Made by a program: the position numbers and the translations under genes | The notes under the pieces: model-generated | What the model saw: the letters and a program-made list of their open reading frames with translations, nothing else | The model's database searches: none | What the model was told of the DNA's origin: nothing | Shown here: in pieces, positions 7,441 through 16,970 of the stretch | Numbering within the stretch: the stretch's first letter is position 1 | Layout: each line of letters starts with the position of its first letter | Source of the DNA: Gammaproteobacteria bacterium | GTDB taxonomy: Bacteria > Pseudomonadota > Gammaproteobacteria > Burkholderiales > SG8-41 | NCBI GenBank assembly: GCA_041483135.1 | Contig: JBGPFE010000017.1 | Location: 5,546-69,545 of the forward strand | Length of the DNA: 64,000 bases | Direction of reading: 5' to 3'

Positions 7441-9099
7441 ATGAATCAAATGCAGCGCTTGCCAGATCCCGCCAATCCGATCGAGCGCCTGGAGCAGCTC
7501 AACCAGATCGGGGTCGCGCTTTCGAAAGAAACCGACATCAACCGGTTGCTTGAAGCAATCCTGCTGGCTGCGCAGAAAATCACGCGCGCGGACGGCGGGA
7601 CGCTCTACCGCATGACCGAGGAGCGCACGCTGAAATTCGAGATCATGCGCAACGACACGCTCAACATCGCGATGGGCGGCACCACCGGCGTCGAGATCCC
7701 GTTCCACCCGATACACCTGTTCGACCAGGACGGCAAACCGATCAACACGATGGTGGTGGCGTACGCGGTGCACAACGACAAGTCGGTCAATATCGCGGAC
7801 GCCTACACCCAGGAGGGGTTCGACTTCTCGGGCACCAAGAACTTCGACAAGAAAACCGGCTATCGCTCGCAGTCGTTCCTGACGGTGCCGATGAAGAACC
7901 ACGAAAACGAGATCATCGGCGTGCTGCAGCTGTTGAACGCCAAGGATCCCGCGACGGGTACGGTGATTGCGTTCTCGTCCGAGGACCAGCGGCTTGCCGA
8001 ATCGCTCGCCTCGCAGGCCGCGATCGCGCTCACCAACCGGCTGCTGATCAATCACCTCGAAAACCTGTTCGAGTCGTTCATCAATCTGATCAACGCAGCA
8101 ATCGACGACAAGTCGCCGTACACCGCCGGGCACTGCGAGCGCGTGCCGCTGCTGACCATGATGCTGGCGGAGGCGGTCGACAACGTCCGGGTCGGCCCGC
8201 TCAAGAGCTTCAAGATGTCGGACAAAGACCGCTACGAGCTCAAGATCGCGGGACTTCTGCACGATTGCGGCAAGGTGACGACGCCGGTGCACGTAGTCGA
8301 CAAGGCGACCAAGCTGGAGACGATATTCGACCGCATCCATCTGATTGATACGCGCTTCGAGGTCATCAAGCGCGATGCCGAGATCGCGCTGCTCAAGGCC
8401 AGGCTGGACGCGTTGGAGAAGGACGACAAACAGGCACTGCGCAAGATCGATCGTGACTTCGAGCTGTGCGTGCGCGAGATCAATCAAGACCGCGAATTCC
8501 TGCGCTTCTGCAACGTCGGCGGCGAGGCGATGAAGCCGGAGGACCAGGAGCGGGTGAAGCAGATCTCGGCCAAATACCGCTGGCGCGACGTCGAGGGTAA
8601 CCCGGTTGATTTTCTGACCGGCGATGAGGCCGAGAACCTGACAATCCGCGCCGGCACGCTGACCGCGGCGGAGCGCCAGATCATCAATCATCACATCGAA
8701 GTCACGATCCAGATGCTCGAGGCCCTGCCGTGGCCGAGGCACTTGAAGAAAGTGCCTGAATACGCAGGCGGGCATCACGAGCGCATGGATGGCAAGGGCT
8801 ATCCTCGCGGCCTCACGCGCGAGCAGATGTCGGTGCAGGCGCGGTGCATGGGGATCGCCGATATCTTCGAAGCGCTCACCGCCAAGGACAGGCCCTACAA
8901 GAAGGGCAAGACGCTGTCGGAATCGCTTTCCATCCTCGGCAAGTTCAAGCTGGGCGGGCACATCGACCCGGATCTGTTCGACGTGTTCATGTGGGAAAAG
9001 GTTTACCTCAATTACGCACAGCAGCACATGGACGCGCATCAAGTCGACGAAATCAACCTGTCCAAGATACCAGGCTACGTCCCGCCACCGCCGCAGTAA
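7441..9099 (+). CDS. GAF-domain HD-GYP phosphohydrolase (putative cyclic-dinucleotide phosphodiesterase)
   Basis: N-terminal GAF, then HD-GYP signatures LLHDCGKVTTP and GGHHERMDGKGYPRGL. Lies 11 bp after the ATPase gene. Confidence 0.9.
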   Translation: MNQMQRLPDPANPIERLEQLNQIGVALSKETDINRLLEAILLAAQKITRADGGTLYRMTEERTLKFEIMRNDTLNIAMGGTTGVEIPFHPIHLFDQDGKPINTMVVAYAVHNDKSVNIADAYTQEGFDFSGTKNFDKKTGYRSQSFLTVPMKNHENEIIGVLQLLNAKDPATGTVIAFSSEDQRLAESLASQAAIALTNRLLINHLENLFESFINLINAAIDDKSPYTAGHCERVPLLTMMLAEAVDNVRVGPLKSFKMSDKDRYELKIAGLLHDCGKVTTPVHVVDKATKLETIFDRIHLIDTRFEVIKRDAEIALLKARLDALEKDDKQALRKIDRDFELCVREINQDREFLRFCNVGGEAMKPEDQERVKQISAKYRWRDVEGNPVDFLTGDEAENLTIRAGTLTAAERQIINHHIEVTIQMLEALPWPRHLKKVPEYAGGHHERMDGKGYPRGLTREQMSVQARCMGIADIFEALTAKDRPYKKGKTLSESLSILGKFKLGGHIDPDLFDVFMWEKVYLNYAQQHMDAHQVDEINLSKIPGYVPPPPQ

Positions 9100-9120
9100 A
9101 GGCGCACGGGCCCCGCTGGA

Positions 9121-9435
9121 TTACTTGCGGGTAATGTAGACGACGAGGCCTTCGGTCGCGATCTCGACGAATTTCTCGCTATAACCCATTTCCTGCAATT
9201 CCCAGCGGAAAGTGTTGCTGAGGCGGGCTTTCTTGTAGACGCCGAGTTTGTGCTGCCGCTTGAACTCGATGGCGCGGCTGAAGGTGTCCTCGAGGATATT
9301 GGTCAATCGCTTTTGCGAAACCTTGCGCTCGCTGCCTTTATCCAGCGCCGGCGGATAGCGCTTGGCGAGTTCCTGCGCCAGGCCCTTGGCGAACGCATCG
9401 ACATCCTTGCCCGAAACTGATCCGAATAAGCCCAT
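9121..9435 (-). CDS. Hypothetical small basic protein (104 aa)
   Basis: Clean ORF with host-like codon usage, last gene of a minus-strand three-gene unit. No recognisable motif. Confidence 0.55.
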   Translation of the reverse strand: MGLFGSVSGKDVDAFAKGLAQELAKRYPPALDKGSERKVSQKRLTNILEDTFSRAIEFKRQHKLGVYKKARLSNTFRWELQEMGYSEKFVEIATEGLVVYITRK

Positions 9436-9461
9436 GGTTTCGCTCCTGTTAGATAATTATT

Positions 9462-10277
9462 TCATTCCTGATTGCCGCCGAACAGCCGTTTCAGCATTCT
9501 GATACCGACACCTGCAGTCTGTGTCAACGGCTCGTGCTTTGGTTCGATCGCGCGGATATCGTAGAGCATCACGTCGCGTTGCACGTTCTGGTCGCCAATT
9601 GCCTCGACCCCGTGAAACGAATGATCGTTCTTGATGAAAGCGAACAGCGAATTCGGCTTGTATTCCATTGTTTTGACCTTCTGAAACTGCTGATGCGGAT
9701 AATGTGGGCCGCCCTGACAGCGAAAAGCGGGGTCGCGCGGCACATAGATCGACGTGCCGAGGTGCTTGCGGGTATCATCATCGGGGCAATAAAACAGCAT
9801 CGACAGCAGGCGGTGCGGCGCATCGGTATGCGGGCCGATGCTGTAATTGGTCAGATCGCGCACGACGAGCGCATCCACTTCGAAGCTGTAACGATGGTGA
9901 AACAGGTCGCCAAACCTCTGCTTCACATAAAGCTCGAATTTATCGATCATCGCCGTCAGAAAGCGCTCGGTGTGCAACCAGCTTGCGAATTCGGTCCAGA
10001 ATGCACGGCGGTCCGGGGTCAATTTGTCGATGCCGGCCGGGGTGAACGGCAGCACGAAGCGCTCCGGATATGCGCCTTTGGGAACACGTCCGGTGTCGGC
10101 GAGACTGATTAAGGCCGAGGGATCCGGCCAGTTCGCGCGCAGCGCGGCATAGAAATCGTCGGGAAACACATTTTCCACGTAGATATGCGCGTACGGATAC
10201 TCGCGCATCGGCGCATTTGCGATCTGGTACAGGACGTACTCTTCAACGGCGGAAGACATGGTTTGCGACACCGGCAA
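9462..10277 (-). CDS. 2OG-Fe(II) oxygenase-like protein
   Basis: Possible HxD...H facial triad (SIGPHTDAPH ... DHSFHGVEAI). The N-terminal YPYAHIYVENVFPDDFY resembles cupin-type dioxygenases found in glycan-modification loci. Confidence 0.55.
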   Translation of the reverse strand: MPVSQTMSSAVEEYVLYQIANAPMREYPYAHIYVENVFPDDFYAALRANWPDPSALISLADTGRVPKGAYPERFVLPFTPAGIDKLTPDRRAFWTEFASWLHTERFLTAMIDKFELYVKQRFGDLFHHRYSFEVDALVVRDLTNYSIGPHTDAPHRLLSMLFYCPDDDTRKHLGTSIYVPRDPAFRCQGGPHYPHQQFQKVKTMEYKPNSLFAFIKNDHSFHGVEAIGDQNVQRDVMLYDIRAIEPKHEPLTQTAGVGIRMLKRLFGGNQE

Positions 10278-11073
10278 ACGCGCCCTCGGTGCGAACCGAG
10301 CGTTTCACCTGATCCTGTGAATAGCTGAATCCGAGTTTTCCCATATCCAAAATCAAGGCCCGGTGTTCCTTCAGGTTGGTATTGATTTCGATCAGCACCG
10401 ATTTTACCTTAGGATCGGCCAGCACGCTGCGGCAGCCCGCCAGCACCTTGTGCTCGAGGCCGTCGACATCGATCTTGATGTGGTCCGGTACCGGTACGAT
10501 GCCGGCGCCGACCAGATGATCAAGCGTCGTCGCGATGCATCCTTGCGCAATCGCGGACGGGCGCGGTTGGAGCTTAAAATCGAGTTCCTCGCCGAAGGTG
10601 TGAATCGACCCGCCGGTTACAAACTCACTGAGATACAGGAGCGAGAATCGGGTCTCGTCGGATAAAGCGGCGCAATAGCCGACAACTCGCTTGGAAAGCT
10701 TGTTCCGGACGATATTCTGATAGAGTATCGCGTAGTTTTGCGATTCAGGCTCAAAGGCATAAACGCGCGCTGCGCGCGTCATTGCGGCCCAGATCGTATA
10801 CATCCCGACGTTGGCGCCGATGTCGATCAGCACCTCGTCCGGTTTGAATCCGGCAATCCATTCAATCGTATCCGGTTCTTTGGTAAAAAAAGTATCGACG
10901 CGCCAGCGTGTTGCATAATTCGGCGTGGCAAACGCGATCTCGACGTCGTTGTGCCTGATGATCGCCGAATGAATTTCCGATTCCGGGGCCGCTGCCGGCT
11001 TGGCTTGCGCGCGATTAGCAGGCACCTCAGCGTGCCGGCGAAATGGCCACAACAAGATCCGGAAGATATTCAC
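10243..11073 (-). CDS. FkbM-family methyltransferase
   Basis: LIDIGANVGMYT, VYAFEPESQNYAIL, IKIDVDGLEHKVLAG are FkbM-type motifs. GTG start; 3' end overlaps the downstream oxygenase-like gene. Confidence 0.85.
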   Translation of the reverse strand: MNIFRILLWPFRRHAEVPANRAQAKPAAAPESEIHSAIIRHNDVEIAFATPNYATRWRVDTFFTKEPDTIEWIAGFKPDEVLIDIGANVGMYTIWAAMTRAARVYAFEPESQNYAILYQNIVRNKLSKRVVGYCAALSDETRFSLLYLSEFVTGGSIHTFGEELDFKLQPRPSAIAQGCIATTLDHLVGAGIVPVPDHIKIDVDGLEHKVLAGCRSVLADPKVKSVLIEINTNLKEHRALILDMGKLGFSYSQDQVKRSVRTEGAFAGVANHVFRR

Positions 11074-11253
11074 TGGAACGATCCGGCGGTGAGGGGATGC
11101 GGGTGGCGCGCAGCGCGGGTATTCCGCCGCGCAGCAGCGAGGTTTTCTTAAAAAAATGAATCGGTTACATTATCATGTTGGAACGATTACCGAGTCAATA
11201 GCACGCGGCTTCCTGTAATATGCAGCTGCCAACCGTATGCCTGCGCCTACATT

Positions 11254-12999
11254 GTGATGCTTAGCAATTTGTTGTTGCGCATCTTCGGGCGCGCGGCCCG
11301 CGTCAAGGCGGCTGGCCGCCAGGCCGTCGACGAATGTCTGCAGCAGGGATATCGCAGCCAGCAGGCGGGAGAGCAGGCGGCGGCTGAGCGCTGCTACCGG
11401 CGTGCGCTCGAACTCGATCCCGGCAATGTCGACGCGCATTATCTGCTCGGGGCCCTGCTCGGTCAGACTGGTAATCTCGCCCGAGCGGCAGCACACCTCG
11501 ATCAGGCGCTCGCCCTCAAATCCGATTTCGCCGACGCGCACGCCGCACGCGGCAACGTGTTGCTGCTGCTGGACCATCGGCAAGCTGCGGCCGCGAGCTA
11601 TGAGCGGGCGCTCCGCCTTGATCCCGGCCACGCCGCGGCGCATTTCAATCTGGGGTTGATTCAGCAGGGCGCCGGCGAACACGCTGAGGCGCTGGGGCAT
11701 TTTGAGCGTGCCTATGCGCTGGCGCCGGACCTTCCCGATCTGCTGAAAAACCTGACGCTGCTGCAAATCGAGTTCGAACGCTTCGACGCAGCCGAGTCCG
11801 CGCTGCAACGGGTGCTGGAGCAGGAGCCGCAACACTATGATGCGTTAAAGTGCCTGGGACTCACGCTGCAGAAAATGCACCGCCCGGAGCGGGCGCTTCA
11901 ATACTACCTCAGGGCAAGCGCGCTTGACGGCGCTGACGCAGAACTGCTCAATAACCTGGGCATCGTGCTGCAGGATCTCGGGCGGCTCGATGAGGCAATT
12001 GCAAGCTACGATGCGGCCATCGCGCTCAAGCCCGATTTCGCGCTGGCGATATGGCACCGTTCGCTGGCATATCTGCTGCAACACAATTTCACACGCGGCT
12101 GGCCCGACTACGAGTTGCGGTTGATCAGCGCCGAGCAGCCACGGCGCCCGATCCAGTTTCCGCGCTGGGATGGGACCGCGCTGGCCGGCAGAAAGATACT
12201 CGTGTTCGCGGAACAGGGTTTGGGCGACGAAATCATGTTTGCGTCGTGTCTGCCGCAGGTAATCGCCGCGAGCGCACACTGTGTGATCGAGTGCTCGGCC
12301 AAGCTCGAGACGATATTCCGGCGCTCGTTTCCCGCCGCCACCGTTTACACGGCGAGCGCGGATCGGACGCTGCCGCAGAGCGTGCGCGACGCGGGTATCG
12401 ACGTCCAGCTCCCGATCGGGAGCCTGCCGCTGCACCTGAGGAGGAGTCGCGCAGACTTCCCCCGACATGAGGGTTATCTCAAGGCCGACACCGTACGGGT
12501 CGCCGATTGGCAGGCACGGCTCGCAGCGCTGGGACCAGGCCTGAAGGTGGGCGTTTCCTGGTGCGGGGGCACGGCCAGGTCACGCCGTCCGGTGCGCTCT
12601 ATCCCGCTGGCGCAATGGCTGCCGATTATGCAGGTCGGGAACGCGCACTTCATCGACCTGCAGTACACTGACTGTCGCGCTGAAATTGATGCGTTGCGGG
12701 CCGCAACCGGGGTGCGCGTCCACAGCTGGGAAGAGGCGCGCGCTGATTATGAGCATACGGCTGCCCTGGTTGCGGCGCTCGACCTCGTCATCGGCGTGTG
12801 CACAGCGGTGATTCATCTCGGCGGCGCGCTGGGCAGACCGGTCTGGGTGATGGCCCCGTTCAGCCCGGAATGGCGCTACGGAATTGCTGGCGAAACCATG
12901 CCTTGGTATCCTTCCGTGCGCGTGTTCCGGCAGCCGGTATATGGCGCCTGGGATGCGGTGATCAACGCAGTGGCACAATCCCTGCGAGGGATGGCTTAA
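11254..12999 (+). CDS. TPR-repeat protein with C-terminal GT9-like (heptosyltransferase-fold) glycosyltransferase domain, paralog 1
   Basis: N-terminal TPRs (ALELDPGNVDAHYLLG.., ALRLDPGHAAAHFNLG..). C-terminal domain has ILVFAEQGLGDEIMFASCLP (compare the LGD..P motif of GT9 enzymes), VGVSWCGG and MPWYPSVRVFRQ. Confidence 0.8.
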   Translation: MMLSNLLLRIFGRAARVKAAGRQAVDECLQQGYRSQQAGEQAAAERCYRRALELDPGNVDAHYLLGALLGQTGNLARAAAHLDQALALKSDFADAHAARGNVLLLLDHRQAAAASYERALRLDPGHAAAHFNLGLIQQGAGEHAEALGHFERAYALAPDLPDLLKNLTLLQIEFERFDAAESALQRVLEQEPQHYDALKCLGLTLQKMHRPERALQYYLRASALDGADAELLNNLGIVLQDLGRLDEAIASYDAAIALKPDFALAIWHRSLAYLLQHNFTRGWPDYELRLISAEQPRRPIQFPRWDGTALAGRKILVFAEQGLGDEIMFASCLPQVIAASAHCVIECSAKLETIFRRSFPAATVYTASADRTLPQSVRDAGIDVQLPIGSLPLHLRRSRADFPRHEGYLKADTVRVADWQARLAALGPGLKVGVSWCGGTARSRRPVRSIPLAQWLPIMQVGNAHFIDLQYTDCRAEIDALRAATGVRVHSWEEARADYEHTAALVAALDLVIGVCTAVIHLGGALGRPVWVMAPFSPEWRYGIAGETMPWYPSVRVFRQPVYGAWDAVINAVAQSLRGMA

Positions 13000-13050
13000 G
13001 CCCGGTCAACCCGCATATGCAGAGCGGTACTCACGTCAGCAGAGGCGGTT

Positions 13051-13701
13051 ATGAATTACAGTCGCGCAAACCCGAGCAGTCGATATCTCGATTTGCAAGC
13101 CATGTATCGACAGATGCACCAGCAAGGCGAGCAATTTCTCGGCACACCTCCGGAGAAGACTTTTCCCGGCTTCAGTCTCGACGCCCAGGTCGGGCGGATC
13201 AAGGATCTGGTCGCCCGCACCGGCGCGCAGACCATACTGGACTATGGTTGCGGCAAAGGCCTGCAATATCAGCCGCGGCCGATCAGTGATGGCAGCGGCG
13301 TGCAATGGCCGGGCGTGCTCGATTACTGGGATATCGACGAGGTGGTTTGCTACGATCCATGCTACGGGCCGTACAGCCAGCTGCCGCAGGGCAAGTTCGA
13401 CGGCGTGATTTCGACCGATGTGCTCGAGCACTGTCCCGAGCCGGACGTGCCGTGGATCATCGACGAGATTTTCGGTTACGCGACACGCTTCGCATTCGCC
13501 AACGTTGCCTGTTACCCGGCGCGCAAAAGGCTGCCCAACGGGGAGAATGCCCACTGCACGATCAAGCCGGTCGAATGGTGGCGGGACCTGGTGCGCGATA
13601 TTGCGTCACGCTATCCGGGAGTGGAATGGGAATTCTGGGTTCAGTTCCAGGCCGATACGGCGCAGGGCAAGCAGTATATCGAGCAGAAGATCAGCGGGTG
13701 A
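13051..13701 (+). CDS. Class I SAM-dependent methyltransferase (216 aa, paralog A)
   Basis: Motif I ILDYGCGKGLQY and VISTDVLEHC. Same length and collinear with the ORF at 21995-22645. Confidence 0.7.
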   Translation: MNYSRANPSSRYLDLQAMYRQMHQQGEQFLGTPPEKTFPGFSLDAQVGRIKDLVARTGAQTILDYGCGKGLQYQPRPISDGSGVQWPGVLDYWDIDEVVCYDPCYGPYSQLPQGKFDGVISTDVLEHCPEPDVPWIIDEIFGYATRFAFANVACYPARKRLPNGENAHCTIKPVEWWRDLVRDIASRYPGVEWEFWVQFQADTAQGKQYIEQKISG

Positions 13702-13795
13702 GCGCGCCGGTGCGTCTATACGCATGCCGCCCGCATGGGCGCAGTCCGGGACTTTATGATGTCGGCCGGCCGTATTAAAGAGTTACGGGCGCCTT

Positions 13796-14380
13796 ATGCA
13801 GAATTCAAAGCAAAAACTTCATCTCGGTTGCGGCAGAACCATCCTCGAGGGCTGGATCAACGTTGACTCTAGGCAGCTGCCCGGCGTCGATGTCGTGGCC
13901 GATTTCGATGATTGCCGAAACACGCCACTGCCGTTCGCAGACAACAGCGTAGACGAGTTCCTGGCCAGCCATCTGATCGAGCATCTGGCGCAGCCGCTGC
14001 CTTTCATGCAGGAGCTGTATCGCATTGCGCGCGCCGACGCGGTAGCGGTATTCAGGCTGCCGTACGGATCGAGCGACGAGGCGTACGAGGACCCGACCCA
14101 TGTCCGCCAGTATTTTCTCAATTCGTTCGGGTATTTTTCACAGCCGCATTACTGGCGCGCCGATTACGGTTATCGGGGCGACTGGGAAACTGAGACGATA
14201 ACACTGCGGGTGGATGCCGAAAAACACCCTGGAAAAACGTCGGAGCAGATCATGCAGGAAGTGCACACGCTGCGTAACGTGGTGCGCGAGATGGTCGTGG
14301 AGTTGCGGGCGATCAAGCCGCCGCGCGCGCCCAAAGCGGAGCTGCAAAAAGGCTGCCGCATCAACATCAAGCTCGTCTGA
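13796..14380 (+). CDS. Class I SAM-dependent methyltransferase (Methyltransf_11-like)
   Basis: KLHLGCGRTILEGWINVD and DNSVDEFLASHLIEHL. Stop overlaps the next start (TGATG). Confidence 0.75.
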   Translation: MQNSKQKLHLGCGRTILEGWINVDSRQLPGVDVVADFDDCRNTPLPFADNSVDEFLASHLIEHLAQPLPFMQELYRIARADAVAVFRLPYGSSDEAYEDPTHVRQYFLNSFGYFSQPHYWRADYGYRGDWETETITLRVDAEKHPGKTSEQIMQEVHTLRNVVREMVVELRAIKPPRAPKAELQKGCRINIKLV

Positions 14381-16239
14381 TGTCGTTGTCCTCGCATATG
14401 CTGGCCAGCTTATTCAAGCACCTGCTCAAACCGGGCGCCGCCCGCCGCCCGCCGGCCGAGCCGGTCGCCAACCGGCTGCTCGCCGCCGTGCGGCTGCAGC
14501 GGGGCGGCGAGCTCGCGCAGGCGGAAGCGATCTATCGCGCGATACTCGAACTTGATCCCGAAAATATCGATGTCCTGCATCTGCTCGGCAATAATCTGTT
14601 GCTGCAGCGCAGACCCGATGAGGCGATCGCGCTGCTGCAGCGGGTGATCGCGGCCCAGCCTGATTGCGCGGAGGCTTTTTACAATCTCGGCGGCGCGTTT
14701 CGCGCAGGCGCTGATCTTGACAACGCGCTGCTCAATTACCGCAAAGCGGTCGAGCTGCGGCCCGAATTCGTCGAGGCCCTCAGCGGCCTTGCCGGCATAT
14801 TAAAAGCCGTGGGCAGTTACGATGAAGCCGAAACGTGCTATCGCAGGGCGCTTGCACTCAATCCCGATTTCGCGGAGGCACACTATAACTTCGGCAATCT
14901 GCTTCATCTCATGGGCCGGGTGGATGACGCGATTGCAAGCTACCGCCGCGCCATTGCGATCAAGCCGGATTTCGTGACGGCGCACAGCAATCTGATTTAC
15001 GCGCTCAACTTTCATCCGGGTTACGAACCGCGCACGGTATTTGAGGCGCATCTCGAGTGGGCGCGCCGGCACGCCGAGCCGCTTACGCGATTGGCGGCGC
15101 CGCATCGCAACACCCCGCTCGCAGAGCGACGCCTGCGCGTGGGCTATGTTTCTCCGAATTTCAGGGACCATGCGGCGGCTTATTTTTTCGAGCCGGTGCT
15201 GGTCCATCACGACCCGCAGCTGTTCGAGATCGTCTGTTATTCGGACGTGGCGCGGCCGGATGCGCTTACGCAGCGGCTGCGGCAATATCAGGCGGAATGG
15301 CGCGATTGCACGCATCTCGACGATCGGGCGCTCGCGGAGCTGGTGCGCCGGGATGCGATCGACATTCTGGTCGATCTGACCGGGCATACCGAGAATAACC
15401 GGCTGCTGGTGTTCGCGCGCAAACCGGCGCCCGTGCAGGTGACCTGGAATGGCTACGCCAACACCACCGGCATGTCGGCGATCGGCTACCGGGTCAGCGA
15501 CGCCTACGCCGATCCGCCGGGCACGACCGAGCACTTGCATACTGAGCGCCTGGTGCGGTTGCCCGGCATCTATATGGCTTTCCGCCCCCCGGGCGACAGT
15601 CCGCCGGTGGGTGAGTTGCCGTGCGAGCGGACGGGCTATGTGACTTTCGCGTCGTTCAATGCGCTGGCCAAGATCACGCCACACGTGGTCGCTCTGTGGG
15701 CGCGCATTCTGAGCGCGGTTCCCGCTGCGCGGCTGATGATGGCGACAGTCCCGATGGGCAGCGCCCGAGAGCGTGTTGCGCAGATGTTCGCCGAACAGGG
15801 CGTGGATACCGCGCGACTTGAATTGCACGGCAGATTACCGTTCCAGGAATTTCTCGCTCTACACCAGCGCGCGGACATCGCCCTCGACCCGTTTCCGTTT
15901 CACGGCACCACCACAACCTGTCATACTTTATGGATGGGGATCCCGGTGATAACGCGCGCGGGCGCGAGCCACGTGTCCCGGGTCGGGGTGAGCATGCTGT
16001 CCAATCTCGGACTTGCGCGCCTGATTGCGCAATCTGACGACGAATACGTGGAAATCGCCAGGTCGCTCGCGGCGGATCTGCCGGGACTCAACAGCCTGCG
16101 CAGGAGCTTGCGTAATCGTTTGCTGGGCGCCCCGAACACCGATGGCCTGAGGCTCACGCGCCACCTTGAGTGCGCTTATCGCGATATGTGGCGCGCCTGG
16201 TGCCGCACGCAGAACGTCGACGTTGCAGGGCAGACATGA
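14380..16239 (+). CDS. TPR-repeat protein with C-terminal GT41/SPINDLY-like (O-GlcNAc-transferase-type) domain, paralog 1
   Basis: TPRs, then RVGYVSPNFRDHAAAYFFEPVL, ILVDLTGHT, PAPVQVTWNGY..TTG, YVTFASFN, LDPFPFHGTTTTCHTLWMGIPVIT. Confidence 0.8.
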   Translation: MSLSSHMLASLFKHLLKPGAARRPPAEPVANRLLAAVRLQRGGELAQAEAIYRAILELDPENIDVLHLLGNNLLLQRRPDEAIALLQRVIAAQPDCAEAFYNLGGAFRAGADLDNALLNYRKAVELRPEFVEALSGLAGILKAVGSYDEAETCYRRALALNPDFAEAHYNFGNLLHLMGRVDDAIASYRRAIAIKPDFVTAHSNLIYALNFHPGYEPRTVFEAHLEWARRHAEPLTRLAAPHRNTPLAERRLRVGYVSPNFRDHAAAYFFEPVLVHHDPQLFEIVCYSDVARPDALTQRLRQYQAEWRDCTHLDDRALAELVRRDAIDILVDLTGHTENNRLLVFARKPAPVQVTWNGYANTTGMSAIGYRVSDAYADPPGTTEHLHTERLVRLPGIYMAFRPPGDSPPVGELPCERTGYVTFASFNALAKITPHVVALWARILSAVPAARLMMATVPMGSARERVAQMFAEQGVDTARLELHGRLPFQEFLALHQRADIALDPFPFHGTTTTCHTLWMGIPVITRAGASHVSRVGVSMLSNLGLARLIAQSDDEYVEIARSLAADLPGLNSLRRSLRNRLLGAPNTDGLRLTRHLECAYRDMWRAWCRTQNVDVAGQT

Positions 16240-16916
16240 TGATCAGGGTTTTCATCGGCTACGATACCAGAGAAGCAGTCGCATTCAGCGTGCTCGCCTA
16301 CAGCATCCACGCGCGCGCGTCGGCGCCGGTCGCGATCACGCCGGTGATGTTGAGCGAGCTGACAAGCGTACTCACGCGCGCGCGCCATCCGCTGCAGTCC
16401 ACGGATTTTTCATTTTCACGTTTTCTGACGCCTTTTCTCTCGGATTACGCCGGCTGGTCCATCTTCATGGATTGCGACATGCTGGTGCTCGACGACATCG
16501 CCAAGCTCTACGCGTTGCGCGACGACCGTTTTGCCGTCATGGCGGTCAAACACGACCACGTGCCCAAGGAAAACAGGAAATTCCTGGACCAGCCGCAGAC
16601 CGCCTACCAGAAGAAGAACTGGTCGAGCGTGATGCTGTTCAACAACGCCAAATGCCGTGCGCTGACGCCTGAATACGTGAATACGGCATCGGGGCTCGAG
16701 CTGCATCAATTCAAGTGGCTCGCCAATGACGACTTGATCGGCGAGATACCCGGCCGCTGGAATCATCTGGTCGGCTACAATCCGCCGCGCCGGGACGTTT
16801 CTCTGGTGCATTACACGCTGGGCGGCCCGTACTTCAACGAGTATCGCGATTGCGAGTATGCCGACGAGTGGCGCCGCGAGCAGCAGGCGATGCTGCGCGT
16901 TGATCAGCGCAAGTGA
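16236..16916 (+). CDS. GT8-like glycosyltransferase
   Basis: ATGA overlap with the upstream stop. RVFIGYD..EAVAF, FSRFLTPFL, DxD-type MDCDMLVLDD, HYTLGGPYF. Confidence 0.65.
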   Translation: MMIRVFIGYDTREAVAFSVLAYSIHARASAPVAITPVMLSELTSVLTRARHPLQSTDFSFSRFLTPFLSDYAGWSIFMDCDMLVLDDIAKLYALRDDRFAVMAVKHDHVPKENRKFLDQPQTAYQKKNWSSVMLFNNAKCRALTPEYVNTASGLELHQFKWLANDDLIGEIPGRWNHLVGYNPPRRDVSLVHYTLGGPYFNEYRDCEYADEWRREQQAMLRVDQRK

Positions 16917-16970
16917 TTTGATGCCGCAAGCGGCACGCCGCGGGCGGGGCGCGGGCGGCTGACCGGAACC

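Noticed and set aside
7399-9042. 547-aa minus-strand ORF opposite the GAF-HD-GYP gene
   Set aside because: The plus-strand frame carries unambiguous HD-GYP signatures. The minus-strand frame has none.
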